In this document: positions 47,811 to 61,015 of the stretch, piece after piece | How positions within the stretch are numbered: the first letter of the stretch is position 1 | Layout: each line of letters begins with the position of its first letter | NCBI RefSeq assembly: GCF_020745735.1 | Contig: NW_026867443.1 | Span: 62,001-126,000 of the forward strand | Reading direction: 5' to 3' | Source of the DNA: Hemiscyllium ocellatum | Taxonomy: Eukaryota | DNA length: 64,000 nucleotides | Made by a program: the position numbers and the translations under genes | Notes under the pieces: model-generated | Database searches by the model: none | What the model saw: the letters and a program-made list of their open reading frames with translations, nothing else | What the model was told of the DNA's origin: nothing

Positions 47811-50800
47811 GAACATGCATTGATCATACATTACAAACCAGAACATATGGAAGACATATGTGAGACACAACTGCAGAATTGTGTCCAATTGTGGTCTGCT
47901 TATTAGATTAGATTACTTATAGTATGGAAACAGGCCCCTCGACCCAACAAGTCCTCACTGACCCTCCCAAGAGCAACCCACCCAAACACATTCCCTTACA
48001 CCTAACACCATTTGAGGAAGGATGTGGTGGCACTGGAGGCTGTTCAGATGATGTTCCCCAGACTGATCCCAGGGATGAAAGGGCTGTCCTATGAGGAGCA
48101 GTTAAATAGCTTGGGCTTGTACTCACTGGAGTTCAAAAGAATGAAGAAGGATCTGATTGAGGGATAGAAAATGTGAAAGGGGATTGAGAAGGTGGATATT
48201 GAATAGATGCCTCCCCCCTTGCGGGACAGTCTGGAACAAGAGGTCATCGATATAGAGTGAGAGGCGGTAGGTTCAAAACTGAAATGAGGAGAAACGACTT
48301 CTCCCAGAGGGTTGTGAATCTGTGAAACTCAATGCCCCAGAGTGCAGTGGAGGCAGAATCAATCAACAGGTTCAAGAACGATGTGTTCCTGATGAAACGT
48401 GAGATAAAGAGCGATGGGGAGCAGGCAGGAGAGTGGAATTGAGACCAGGATAAGATCAGCCACAGTCATGTTAAATGGCGGAGTGGGGTTGAAGGGCTGA
48501 ATTGCCTCCTCCTGCTCCTAATTCCTGTGTTGAGCACACAGTCAAGGATGACACTGCAAAACTGAGGGAGCTGTTGTCTTTCAGGTGAGGTACAAAACAG
48601 AGATCCTGCCTCAAAGCAAGCCTCATTAATGTGACAACGATAATGATCCCTGATTGCTGTCCAGCCTCAGCCTTCCCCAGTCTGGACTTCATTGGACTCC
48701 AGCCCCACAGCAATCTGGTTAACTCTAGGTGCCTTCTGAGAGGCCACAGCAAGGCCAGCAGTTCAAGGGCAATTAGTCTTGGGTAACAAATGCTGATCGA
48801 TGCCAGTGACACCCACCTCCCAGAAAACAGAATGCAACAGAGATTGGTGTCAGCCAAAATTGTCAGATCAGACTCCCAATGAGATGGGGAGATGGTTCAA
48901 ATGAATTCAGCTCAGTATGGAACAGGTCCCCACTTGTTAGCACATCATAACTGACAAAATAAGGGGAGAAAACAGAAAAATAAAGGTGAGAACACTCGAA
49001 TGTTGGAATATCACTGAGAATTCAGGCAACTGAAGGAAGATATGAAGACCTGCAAAGGAAGACAAAAAGGAAGCAAGAGTTAAAAAAAATGATTGAGAAA
49101 GAGACCTGCAAGGGATCACAAGAATAACACAAATGTTTTACAAGAAAATTAGAAAATCAAGGCAGCTCCAGTGCAATGTGAGCCCTTTAATAACAAACTG
49201 GTAATTCCCTGAATGAGACTAAGGGAATGGCTGATATGTACAATAATTAGTTGTGTCAGTCTTCACAGTAAAGGAACGGGATAATGCAGCTTCCACTCCA
49301 GGGAAGTTAGTAATGAATGGAAGATGGGAATTCATGAAACTTGATACTTGCCAGAAAACAGCATTGGAGAGTGAGCAGCTCTAAAGGCTGACAGATCTCC
49401 AGGAGCTTAGGGGTTTAAAGGAAGGTGGGGGAGAAGAAGTTTCAGAGGCTTTTCCCATCAGATTCCAAAGCAGCAACGATTCCTTTAGTTTGGAAAATGT
49501 CTTGCTGTAACTCCACGGGTTGAAGAAAGATGAGCGAAGGAACCGAGGAAATTATATCCTGGTCAATCTAACATCTCTTTTCGGGGCTTCATTGGAATCT
49601 ATAATTAACAGCCGAGAGAATGAACATGTAGAGAATTGGAAATAGCCCACATAGATTTGTGATGGGTAAGTTCTAACTAACAAACCAAATGTATTAAATA
49701 AAATAGTTGATAGGATGGATAGGCTTATCAACTTTCAGAAGTACTCGATCATTTACCACAAAACAGTCTGCTGACCAATATTAAAACCCATGGGATTGAA
49801 GATGAATGTTTGACTTGGTTCAGAGGCTGGTTTAGTGACAGACAACAGAGAAAGAAAGTGACGAATGGTATTCCACAAGGATTCTGTGGTGAGGCCTTAA
49901 CTACTTACTGCATGTATTAATGAGGATCATAGTTCCACATTGAGACAAAGACTGATGGAATAGTAAGTGGTGAAGATGGCGTTTTTGTTTAAAACTTACT
50001 TGGAGGGTGTTGCTGTCTGGGCCAGATTCCTTGTTGCCCTAGAGAATCATAGAATCATTATATGGTGTGGAAGCAGGCCATTCAGCCCATCAAGTTCACA
50101 CCAACCCACCAAACAGCAACCAGTCTAGATCAGCCCCTCCTTGTAATGCTGCATTTCCCATGGCTAATCCACACTCACAGAGCTTGTGAGTCCATTCAGT
50201 ATTTCAACAACAATAGGATAGAAACGTTTACAACCCAGCTGGTGCGTGTGATCCGGTTTGTTTACCTTCTCCCAGAATGTGGAGGATGAGGAAAAGTATT
50301 GCCAAGTGGTCTGGATCTGTGAGAATGCTGGCAGCCTTTACTCGACTGCGGGCCTATCGATGGAACCTGTAGATGGAAGGTTGACCTGTGTGATTTTCCG
50401 GGCTGCGTTGATCACTCTCTGCAACCGTTTCTGATCTTGAATGGTATAATTGCCATTTCAAGTAGTGATACATCCAGACAGAATGGTCTTGAATGCGCAC
50501 CCCTAAAAGTTAGTAGGAATTTTCACCATCATGCCATTATTTAATTAACTATGCTACTTAACTATGTGATCTGCCTATTGCTCACAAGACGAAGCATTTC
50601 ACTGTGCCTCGTCATACGTGACAAAAAATCAATTGATCCCAATTCAGTTAAAAACTTTGAAGTGGAATTTACAAGAGAAAGAGCACGTATTGTCAGGCAG
50701 TGGTGCTCGCCACTATGACACCCATTCCGCATCGGAGATCGAAACGTCTAACTCCTTATTCCCAGACTGGGTCTCTGCTTTAGAATTCCCAAGTAGGGAC

Positions 50801-52149
50801 AGATTCTTCCAAAATCTACCCTGTCAGGTCCCTGGAGAATTTGAAATGTTTCAGTGAAATCTCCTCCCAACCTTCTAAATTCCAGGGATGAGATCTACAA
50901 TCTCCTCCTGGCTTCCCAGAGAATCTGAGGATAAATCCCGTTCCTCACCCAGTCCCCCTCTCAATCATGAGACAATCCTCTCAACCTGTCAGATGAACTG
51001 TTGCTGGGCTTGATCATCTCAGTAACAGTTTCAAGGAGGGAAGGAGAAAGAAAGACTCATTCTGCTTTGCATCAATGCTAAAAGTTGAAAAAGCAGGAAA
51101 ATATTGCCACCAAGTATTGTTCACATACTCTTTCTATTCATCAAAGTGCTGGATGAGGTTTCTTATGAATTTCAGGCCGTCACTGATGGTGTCCTTATAT
51201 TCTTTATTCTTGCCTTGTCTCTTGTTCATGTCATTTAGGAGAATGGAGTCAACCGAGAAGGAAATGAACAACAAAGTTTGTTTTCTCTGTTGATTGAATT
51301 CACCTTGCTTGCTCCTCTGATCACCTGAAGAAGGGGTGAGGCTTGTGTACTATAATAAACCTGTTGGACTATAACCTGGTGTCGTATGAGTTTGTGTTCA
51401 GTAAAGATAGGAAAGAGAGAAAATTGCGAGAAGTGGTGGGATTGTTCTGGAGCCAGACATTGCTGACCAACCTTAGGCCCTGAGATATGATGGAGATGAA
51501 GGGTGAACTGTGCCGGGCTTTAACTCACTGTTACCAGAGTAAAACAGGGATTACCCATTTCACAAAAGAGTAAATGGAACTAACAAACCAGGTGCATGTG
51601 AAACACCCACTCTGTCCCTGAGAGAGGGGGGACAAGAACAGGGACATTCTCAGACAGATAGGATGCTAAAAATGGTATCATCCCGAGAGTGAAGGGTGGG
51701 GTGGGATAGTGACAGCGACACCCCCCCCCCCCCCCAAGAGAGTGAGGAAAGTAACACTGACACATTTAAAACTGTATTATCACAAGTGAGAATTCAAACA
51801 GCCACCCACTCCGTCATACGGTGTTGAAGATGCACTGTCCTCATCAAAATATGTTTGCAAACCTCTTCACAACACGAAAGGGGAGAGAAACATTGGAAAC
51901 TGTATTATCACGAGTGAGGGTCCATTTAAAACTTGGACCATGATGTGAAATGTTCTCAGCCGCAAACAACACTGGTGTATTGATATCATTATCTTATTAA
52001 GCAATATTAAAACTTCGGCCAAATATTTCCTGCAGACAGTGTATTTAAAATATCAAGAGGCTTCCCCATTGTTGGTTTGATCAGTGACGTAGCAAGGAAG
52101 CAGCAGCTGCCCCATGAACTCCAACAAAAGAATGAGAACAGGCTCTTCA

Positions 52150-53275
52150 TACAGAGCTGGCTCCCGAGAATCCAATTCAACAGCAGGGATCGAAGAACAA
52201 GGAACAATACAGCACAGGAACAGGCCCTTCGGCCCTTCAACCTGTGCTCACACATTGTGCCCTTCTATACTGAAACTATCTTCATCAACAGGATTCGTAT
52301 TCCCTCTATTCCCTTCCTATTCATGCATTAGTGCAGGTATTTCTTGAATACTTCTATTGTGTCTGCTTCCACCCCCTCTTCTGGCAGTGTGTTCCAGTTA
52401 CTCAACTCCCTTTGTGTGAAATACTAGCCTCACACATCTCTTTTAAATTCCCCCCTCCCGCCGCACCTTGAACCTCTGTCCCCGAGTAAGTGACCCCTCC
52501 ATCCTGGGAAAAAGCCTCATATTTTCCACTCTACCTATGCCATTCAAAACTTAATAAACTTCTATCAGGTCATACCTCATTTTCCCTCATTCTGGTGAAA
52601 ACAAACCCAGTGTCTCCAATGTTTCTTCAGAACTAAAATCCCCCATACCAGACAATATCCTGGTAAACATTTTCTGCACCATCTTCAAAACATCCATATC
52701 CTTCTGATGGTGTGGCGACCAGAACTGTATACAATATTCCAAGTGTGGACTAACTAATGTTCAATAAGCTGCAGCATGACTTGTCTATCCTTATACTCAA
52801 TGCCCCTTCCAATGAAGGCAAGCAGGCCATAAGCCTTTTTCACAACCTTACCTCGCTGTGCTGCCACCTTCAGTGATCTGTGAACAGACACACCCAGATC
52901 TCTCTGCATATCAATACTCCAAAGGATTCTGCCATTCACTGTATAATTCCCACCCGTACATCACCTTTCAAAATGCATCACCTTACATTTGTCTGGATTA
53001 AACTACATCTGCCATTTTTCAGTCCATGCATCCAACTGATCTATATCCTGCTGTATCCTCTGACAATCTTTCTCATTATCTGTAACTCTACCAATTTTTG
53101 TTTCCACTGTAAACATTTAATTAGCCCAGCTACACTTTCCTCTAAATCATTTATGTAGACCACATACAGCAGAGTTCCCACCACTGATCCCTGTGGGACA
53201 CTAGGAATCACAGCCCTCCATTTTGAAAACCATCCTCTCATCACTGCCGTCTGTCTCCTCTGACTCAGCCGGTTC
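52150..53275 (-). mobile_element. CR1 RT 3' portion
   Basis: VPQGSVVGTLLYVVYINDL...RDLGVSVHRSLKVA. Confidence 0.87.
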
Positions 53276-54989
53276 TGTATCCAATGCTGGGAACATTTTA
53301 GACAAGACACCTTGTTGCCAGATCGTTACTGCAACTTGATCCAGTTCATTCAGAAAGAGAAAAATGACAATGTGCAGATTGGAGAACTGACCCCTACACC
53401 TGGGCCTGAGGCAAGGGCCCAAGCTCCAACACACTGGCCTCACTTCACACCAGCCTCCACACAGAGTGAAGTCATGAAGTTCAGCCATCAATCCCTCTGG
53501 GACCGGGACGGGGTGAGGGAACAGGGGCAATGTTGAAAAGTCAATAAGGAGTAAAGCAAGATGGAGAGAGTGTGTTGGAAAGTGTTTGATGGAGGAACCA
53601 TTCTTTGTGATACCCAATACTGACATAGTCCATGCATATCACATAATGAACAAAACAGCACACCGTGAAAACAATCAAAAAGTCTTATCATAGCACTTTT
53701 TTTGAAAAACCATAACATGCAGGACTTTTTTTATTGTGGTGTGATCAGTATTATGGTCCAAAGATCCTCGCAGAGCCCCAGTTTATTTGTACTGTTAAAT
53801 AATGTGGGGATACAGATGGGGGGCTGGGGTTATCCTGATGAAGGAGCAGCGCTTCAAAAAGTTATGATTTCAAATGAACCTGTTGGGCTAGAACATGGTG
53901 TTGTGTGACTTCTGACTTTTTATTGTTCGGGCAGAGTGAAACAGCTGCCTTCGCATAACTATAGAGTACTTGCACTGCAACTGAGGATTATGGGTAATTA
54001 CTCCATCCATTGGCCATGAACAAACCCGGAGTCATTCCAGTGGATTTCAGTGGGAATGCCCTGTCAGTTGCTTCCTCGATATTACTTGATTCACCACCAC
54101 TCTCTCCAGGGCAATTAGGGAAGGACCGACACATCAACGCCCCCCCGCCACCATCTCAGGAGAAATCAAAATAAATGGCGTATAATTCAAATGATCAAAC
54201 TGGTGAGGCTTGAATTCATCTCTTTGAAAGATTGGAGTCTCGGCCAGAAATAGAGCCATGACATGAATGAACCTGGTTTGTCAGACAGGAAGGTGGAGTG
54301 TCCTTCAGATTGACACTGGGATCAGCAAAAAATGAATTACACTCAAAGATCTAACAAATGGCTATCAAACTGTGCCCCCAAACTGCAGAGAACAGCACTT
54401 TAGGCTCCGCGTGCCCATCTCCATCCTTGCCTGTTGCCCTTCCCTAACGGTCCTGGAGAGGGCGGTGGTGAACCATGAGATTCTCGAAGAGGATCTGACA
54501 GAGGGACAAGGTCATGTCCTCGGCCTGAGCACAACTGCTTGACCTGCTGTGCTTTTCCAGCGCCACACTTTTTGACTCTGAGCACAACGATCCCTCAGAA
54601 GAATGAGCTGTGACACAAGAGGAAACGTGGGAGTGTTGGAAAGGCACCGGCAGCCTGGTCAGCCTGCAGAGGGGCAGAAACAGATTTGATGAATGAGCTG
54701 ATATCCTCCCGAGCTGAGATGCAGACTCAGGCTTTCAGAGCCACACAGTTTACATTGTTACTGACCGTGGCTCCATGGGCAATGCTCCTGCCTCATCATC
54801 AAAATGGTCATCGGATTGAAAGCCACCTCAGAAATGAGAGCATAGAATCCAGGCTGAGACTGCGGTGCACTGCGGTGCACAGTCTCTGGCACCATCATTT
54901 GAGGCTCCACCACCACCACAGGAGGCTTGACAAGATCTCATTCTGAAGAGATTCCCTCAGGTATCCTGCTCAAAGGTGTTTGATATGCT

Positions 54990-55605
54990 TTCTTTCATTG
55001 GTCAGAGTATTGAGTACAGGAGTTGGGAGGTCATGTAGCAGTTGTACAGGTGATTGGTTAGGCCACAATTGGAATATTGTGTGCAATTCTCGTCTCTTCC
55101 TATCGGAAAGATGTTGTGAAACTTGAAAGGGTTCAGGAAAGATTTACAAGGATATTGCCAAGGTTGGAGGATTTGAGCTACAGGAAGAGGCTGGGCAGGC
55201 TGGGTGTGTTTTCCCTGGAGCATTGGAGGCTGAGGGGTGACCTTATAGAGGTTTACAAAATTATGAGGGGTATGGATAGGATAAATAGGCAAAGTCTTTT
55301 CCCTGGGGTCGTGGAATCCAGAACGAGTGGGCATATGTTTAGGGTGAGAGGGGAAAGATATAAAAGAGACCTAAGGGACAAATCTTTCACACAGAGGGTG
55401 GTATGTGTATGGAATGAGCTGCCAGAGGAAGTAGTGGAGGCTGGTACAATTGCAACATTTAAGAGGCATTTGGATGGGTATATGAATAGGAAGGGTTTGG
55501 AGGGATATGGGCCGGGTGCTGGCAGGTGGGATTGATGGGGATTTGGGATATCTGGTTGGACTGAATGGTCTGTTTCCGTGCTGTACATCTCTATGACTCT
55601 ATGAA
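54990..55605 (+). mobile_element. Well-preserved CR1 (HER1-like) 3' end
   Basis: 152-aa ORF 55077..55535 with the CR1 C-terminus, and tail CTGTACATCTCTATGACTCTATG. Confidence 0.9.
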
Positions 55606-58600
55606 TAGATTTGTCTCGTCATTTGTTTCCTGTCAGTGGGACTCACCATCTTGTCCGTGAAAGTAACTGCACTGTGCTCACAGCTTTCAATATCCTGAGA
55701 TGATTAAAAAAACTGCACCAGCAAGAGTTCTCTCTCCATTATCATGTAAAAGGGGAGCAATGAGCAAGTGATAATACACACTGAGCGCAAACACTGAAGC
55801 TTCAGCTGTAAGGCTTTTTGCACCATGTTAACCTGCTCTCTGGGCATTTCCTTCCAATGTCCGAGATGGTTATCAGGCTGGGATGGAGGCTGACAGATCA
55901 CATGGAATCCTTCAGACAAGGTACCCAAGGGCACAGTCCAGGCTTGCTGCAAACATTGGCCTTCCTTCCATTGAAGGGCTGGGAGTTTGTCAATAGCGGT
56001 TTCCAGAGCACATCCTCCCTGGAAATATCACAGACTTTACTGAAATGGGATGAACTGAAAAAAGAGATAGAAATGGGAAGAATTAACCAGACAAGGGTGA
56101 GCATCAAGAGAGGTGGGAGCGTGTGGGAGATTCAATGCCATTAAAGAAATCCCAACTGGGTTACACAAGAAAATCTCAAATCGTTACCAGGAGAAAACAA
56201 GGAGAATCCTCACTGACATAAACATGCTGAGAGTCAGAGACCCTGAGCCTCCGGTGCCTGACTCTCTCTGAGGCATTACAGTCAAGGACTGTTCATGTGT
56301 CAATAAAGGGAGACTTGGTGACATGGGGTTATATTATAATCAATGATCGGAGGGGTACAGATTAAAGATAAATGGCCAAAGGTTAAGAGGGAACATAAGG
56401 AAAACGTTTTGACCTGAAGGGTGGTGGCAGTCTGGGACTCACTCCCTGTAAGGGTGGTTGAGGCAGGAGCTCTCCCATAACATTGACGTATTTTGATGTG
56501 CAGCTGTGATGCCAAGGTATACAGGGCTACGGGCCAAGTACTGGAACATGGAATTAGAATAGTGGGTGGTTGTTTTGACTGGTTTTGGCTCATTGGGGCA
56601 AAGAGCCTCGTTCTTGTAGACCTGTTGTAGATGTCTGACTCTGCCAGGACTCCAGCAATGTGGCTGACCCTTACCTGCCATTTGAAAGGCCGAGCAAGCT
56701 ACTCAGTTTCAGGGCAGTTAGGGATGGAGAACAAATGCTGGTCTTGCCAGTGACTCCCACATCCCAGAAAAGAATAGATGGGTTCAGTGATAACACCGTC
56801 ACCTGAACCTGCAGGTTTCAAACCCCACTCCAGACACTGGAGCACTATCCTGAGGCTGGCAAAGGCAAAGATGCCATCTGCTGGATGATCGGTTAAACCA
56901 CTGTCCTCTCAGGTCGATGTGAATATAAGGGCTTTGAGACCATCTCAGGGAAACTCTCCCCAGTGTGCTGGCCAATGCTTCTCTTATAACCAATGGCATT
57001 AAAACAGATACATAAACAAAATACTGCAAATCTCAAATTGAAGCTCGATGCTGGAGAAAGGGAACAGGTGCAGCCTCTGTGGGGAGAGGAGGAGTTAATT
57101 TTTTGTTTTATCAAAAAGGCAGCACATTTTTATTTTATTTTATGTTGTCTTACACTATTTTATTTAAATCTCGTTGAAAAAAAATTAGCCCGCTTGATTG
57201 GTACCACATCCACACACATCTATTCCCTCCACACCGACGCTCAGTAACGGCTCTGTGTATTATTTACAAAATGCACTGCAGAGATTCACCAAAACTCCTG
57301 AGACAACATCTTCCAAAGTCATGATTACTTAAATCAAGGACAAAGGCAGCAGATACAATGGGAACATCACCCCAGCAAGTTCCCCTCCAAGCCATTCACT
57401 AGATTGACTTGGAATTATAACACTGTTCCTACATTGTCACTGGGTCAGAATCCTGGAATTCCCTTCCTAAATGCATTGTGGATCTACCTACAGCACACAG
57501 ACTGCAGGGGGTCAAGAAGGCAGCTAATCACCGCCTTGTCCAGGGCAATTAGACATGGACAGTAAAAAGGCTGGGAAAAGTAAGAGTAGGCGTGCTTAAG
57601 GACCAGAAAGTGAGACTGTGATGTTTCAGTTTTTCCTGAACATTGGTGTGACCACATCTCAAATACTGAGGGTAGTTTGGTCTCCTTATTGAAGGAAGAA
57701 TATAAATGCATTGGAGGTGTTTCAGAGGAGTTTTACTCAATAGATCCCTGGAATGAGTGGGCTGTGTGATGAGGAAAGGTTGGAAAGACTGGCCTTGTTC
57801 TCAGTGGAGTTTAGAAGAGTGAAGGGTTTTCCTGTCCCACAGTATTCTCCAACTCCCTATCTGCCTCCCTCATGGGTCATCCCTTATTGAACTGTGCTGT
57901 CCTGAGGCCGATAACTTCCTTCTGGAACAAAGTCTCCAGGTATCTCCGCCCCTCCCGAATGTATCATTTTTTTCAACTCAGCCTCCAAATGGGAGTTCCG
58001 GTAGTTTTATACATTCACTACACATGTATTTACACTGAATCATTTCAATTAAATAAATATATTGAGCTCACTTACAAATGAAAAATATCCATTCCTTCAT
58101 TGGACCAGTAATTGTCTTCAATCTCTGTTTTGAAGTTTCATTACTTTCAATTTATAAACCTTCCCTAATGGACATGTCCTGAAGCAATCTATTTAGACAG
58201 TCCCTCATACTGAACAATTCCCAGCTGATCTGCTTACCAGACTCCTATTCTCTGGTTTATCATTTTATTTCATTCAAACCAAGTGCATGTGCAGGCTCCC
58301 AGCAGCTGAAGTGACAGTTCCAAATCAGTTTGGAAAAGCAAAGGTAGGCTCCGTCCCCGAATTCCCCGAACTTCCACACTGACCAAACTTCCCAGCATTC
58401 CCCTCTGTGTTGGCTGCACTCAGTGCTAGCTGCAGTATTAAGGCTGCCCTGTATTTATACTGTTTCTGATTTATATCACTCCATTCTGTTGTGCTGTTGT
58501 TCAGGATCTGGGTTAAGCTCACTAATTTCTCAGTGGAGAGCTTCCTTTCTTCAGCCTGAGAGAGACATTACATGTGCAACCAGCAAATGGGACTTCAATG

Positions 58601-58779
58601 TTGGAATCTGTTTTCAGGATTGATGGGCTCGATGGTTTGATTCAATGAGATGAGATATGAAGTACCTGTGACTCTTGTTGCCATCCAACCTTCTCTGTCT
58701 AACCTCTTCAGGATTCGACATTTCAGGTGTAACCCTTCTTCAGGACTCAGGGTGGGTGTTGGGGGAGCTGTGTGGTGAG

Positions 58780-60825
58780 GTGGGGAGAGGTTGAGAAAGG
58801 TAGAGAGTATGACCTGATTGGTTGATGGGAGAGATGAATCTGGATGGCGTTATCGCGAATAGTATGAAATTGAGTAATTTTGGTGTGGGGAGGGGCAGCT
58901 GACAGGGATGTTCCCTGTTGCCCCTACTGTTTACCTTGGTGCTTGAACCACTGGCAGGGACTGTCTGAAAAGACCCTGAAATAACGGCACCGAAGGTGGG
59001 AGTTGGGGAAACAAAAATCACTCTCTACACGGACAATGTCCTCTTGTTTTTAGCTAACTCTGAAAAGTCCATACCCTGGCTAATAAAAAAAATTAAATTA
59101 TTCATCAACCTTTCAGGATACAGCATAAATTTTCCAAAATCGGAAGTCCTGCCTGTGGGAGATTGGTGCAGGTACTGAAACTGGAGGATGGAATGGAGTT
59201 TCCTTTTAGATGGTCCCAGAAAGGTTTTCCCGATCTGGGAATTTTTATTACCCCTCACTTCCCGCAACTGTATGGAGCTAACCTTATGTCACTGTTTGAG
59301 AGGGTAAAGCAGGACTTGCAGCGATGGGAGGGAATACCCAGATCATGGCTCGGCCGTATAGCCTTGATTAAAGTGAATGTTGTTCCTTGGTGGTTCTATC
59401 CTGTGAGGATGCTCCCTTTGTTATTACCCAACCAGGTGCTGCGGAGGTTTGTGGGATGGCTTGGGTCATTTATTTTGCGCTGTCGGTGCAATTTAATTAA
59501 ATTTACCAAATTGCAACTTCCGCAGGATATGGAGGGTGGGCGGTGGACCTCCCAGATCTGAAGAGTATCAAAGCAGCACCCTGTTGCTATGTGTAGTTGA
59601 ATAGGTGCGTAATGACTCAAAGTCGATGTGGCTTGATGCAGTGGCCTCGCAGGTGAGATGTCCCTTTAGAAATTTACTGTTCATGCAAATTAGGTCAGAA
59701 ATACGAAATCCCTAATTGGGATCTTTTCCGATATTTCCAGGTTAGGGATTACATACAGAAGAAGACTACGTTCTTGACCCAGCCCAACAAGTCGGATATA
59801 GAATGAAGAGTGCTCCGATGAGGGGGCACTCTTTCAGTTAGTACCTCATATCATCTGCAGAGAGGGAATGCCTTGGGGGAATTGGAGAGAGTCAGGGAGA
59901 TTTGGAATCAGGAGGTAAGGGAAGAAATCTCATCAGAAATGTGGGACAATGTATGAGGGAATGTAAAAAAAAATCAATCTACAATAAGGCACAAGCAATG
60001 CAATTGAAGATCCTCCCCAGGACCCAAATGGAGCCAGAGAGGTTAGCAAAGTTTAAGAAAGGGTCTTCCCCGAAATGTCCCAAATGTAAAAACAGTATTG
60101 ACATCCTTACGCATTGCTTTTGGTCCTGTTACAAGATCTGTGGATCGGGGGGGGGGCATAGTGAATGAGCTGGAGACAATCCTGGGAATGGAAGTTTGGG
60201 AGGATCTGGTGTCTGTCCTTTTGGGAACGATCGAAACTTCCCTCTTTGCGTGAGCACGGGAAGAGGTTATTCAACATTCTTTCACATTGTGTGAGGAAGG
60301 ACATCCTAATGAATTGAATATCAGCAAAGTCTCCAGGTCTTTCAAGGTGGCACAGACTTGTGATGGAGTACATCCCTCAAGATTACCTGACAGTATGGGG
60401 CACCACAGAATGGAGCAATTTTATAAGACATGGTGGTCCTTTCTAATTTACATCAACATGGATCTGTCGGCAGTACTGATTAGGGCCTTTATAGAGGCAC
60501 GAGGGCTGTATGTGGTGGTCCGGGGATCACGGGGATTTGGTGGGTGGGAGGAGGGTGTGGTCTCATAAATACGGGTATAATCACTGTTGCTCCTGTGGAC
60601 GGGAGCTTTGATGGAGAGTGCGGCGAGTGGAGTCATGTAATATAGTACAATTTAATTTTAGTGGATTGTAATTAAATTTAGTGTTATTTTATTTAATTTG
60701 AGTTTGTGCTGATTTGTTTTAATTTAAGCAAATATGAGACAACTATCTTGAACAACAGCCGGCAGTTTATTCACATTACTGCATTATAATATAATATTTT
60801 TTCAATAAATATTTACTAAAAAAAG
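58780..60825 (+). mobile_element. 5'-truncated L1-clade LINE (RT + C-terminal Cys motif, 3' UTR, A-tail)
   Basis: GS*QGCSLLPLLFTLVLEPLA, LYTDNVLLFL, LSGYSINFPKSE, SWLGRIALIK, CPKCK...LTHCFWSC; AATAAA near 60805 followed by an A run. Confidence 0.88.
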
Positions 60826-60899
60826 AGGAACATTCGAGAAAATTAACAGACAGAAGCACCATGCAATAGAAATGATCAGGAGTGGTGAGAAAGGAGGGA

Positions 60900-60982
60900 G
60901 AAAAAGAGATTCCTGTAGTATGGAGAGAGAGAGAGAGCAAAAGAGAATGAGTTCTGAAGGGGAGAGAGAGACAGTTCTGAAT

Positions 60983-61013
<31 letters not shown>

Positions 61014-61015
61014 TT
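60900..61015 (+). repeat. (GA)n microsatellite cluster
   Basis: Direct read. Confidence 0.85.
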
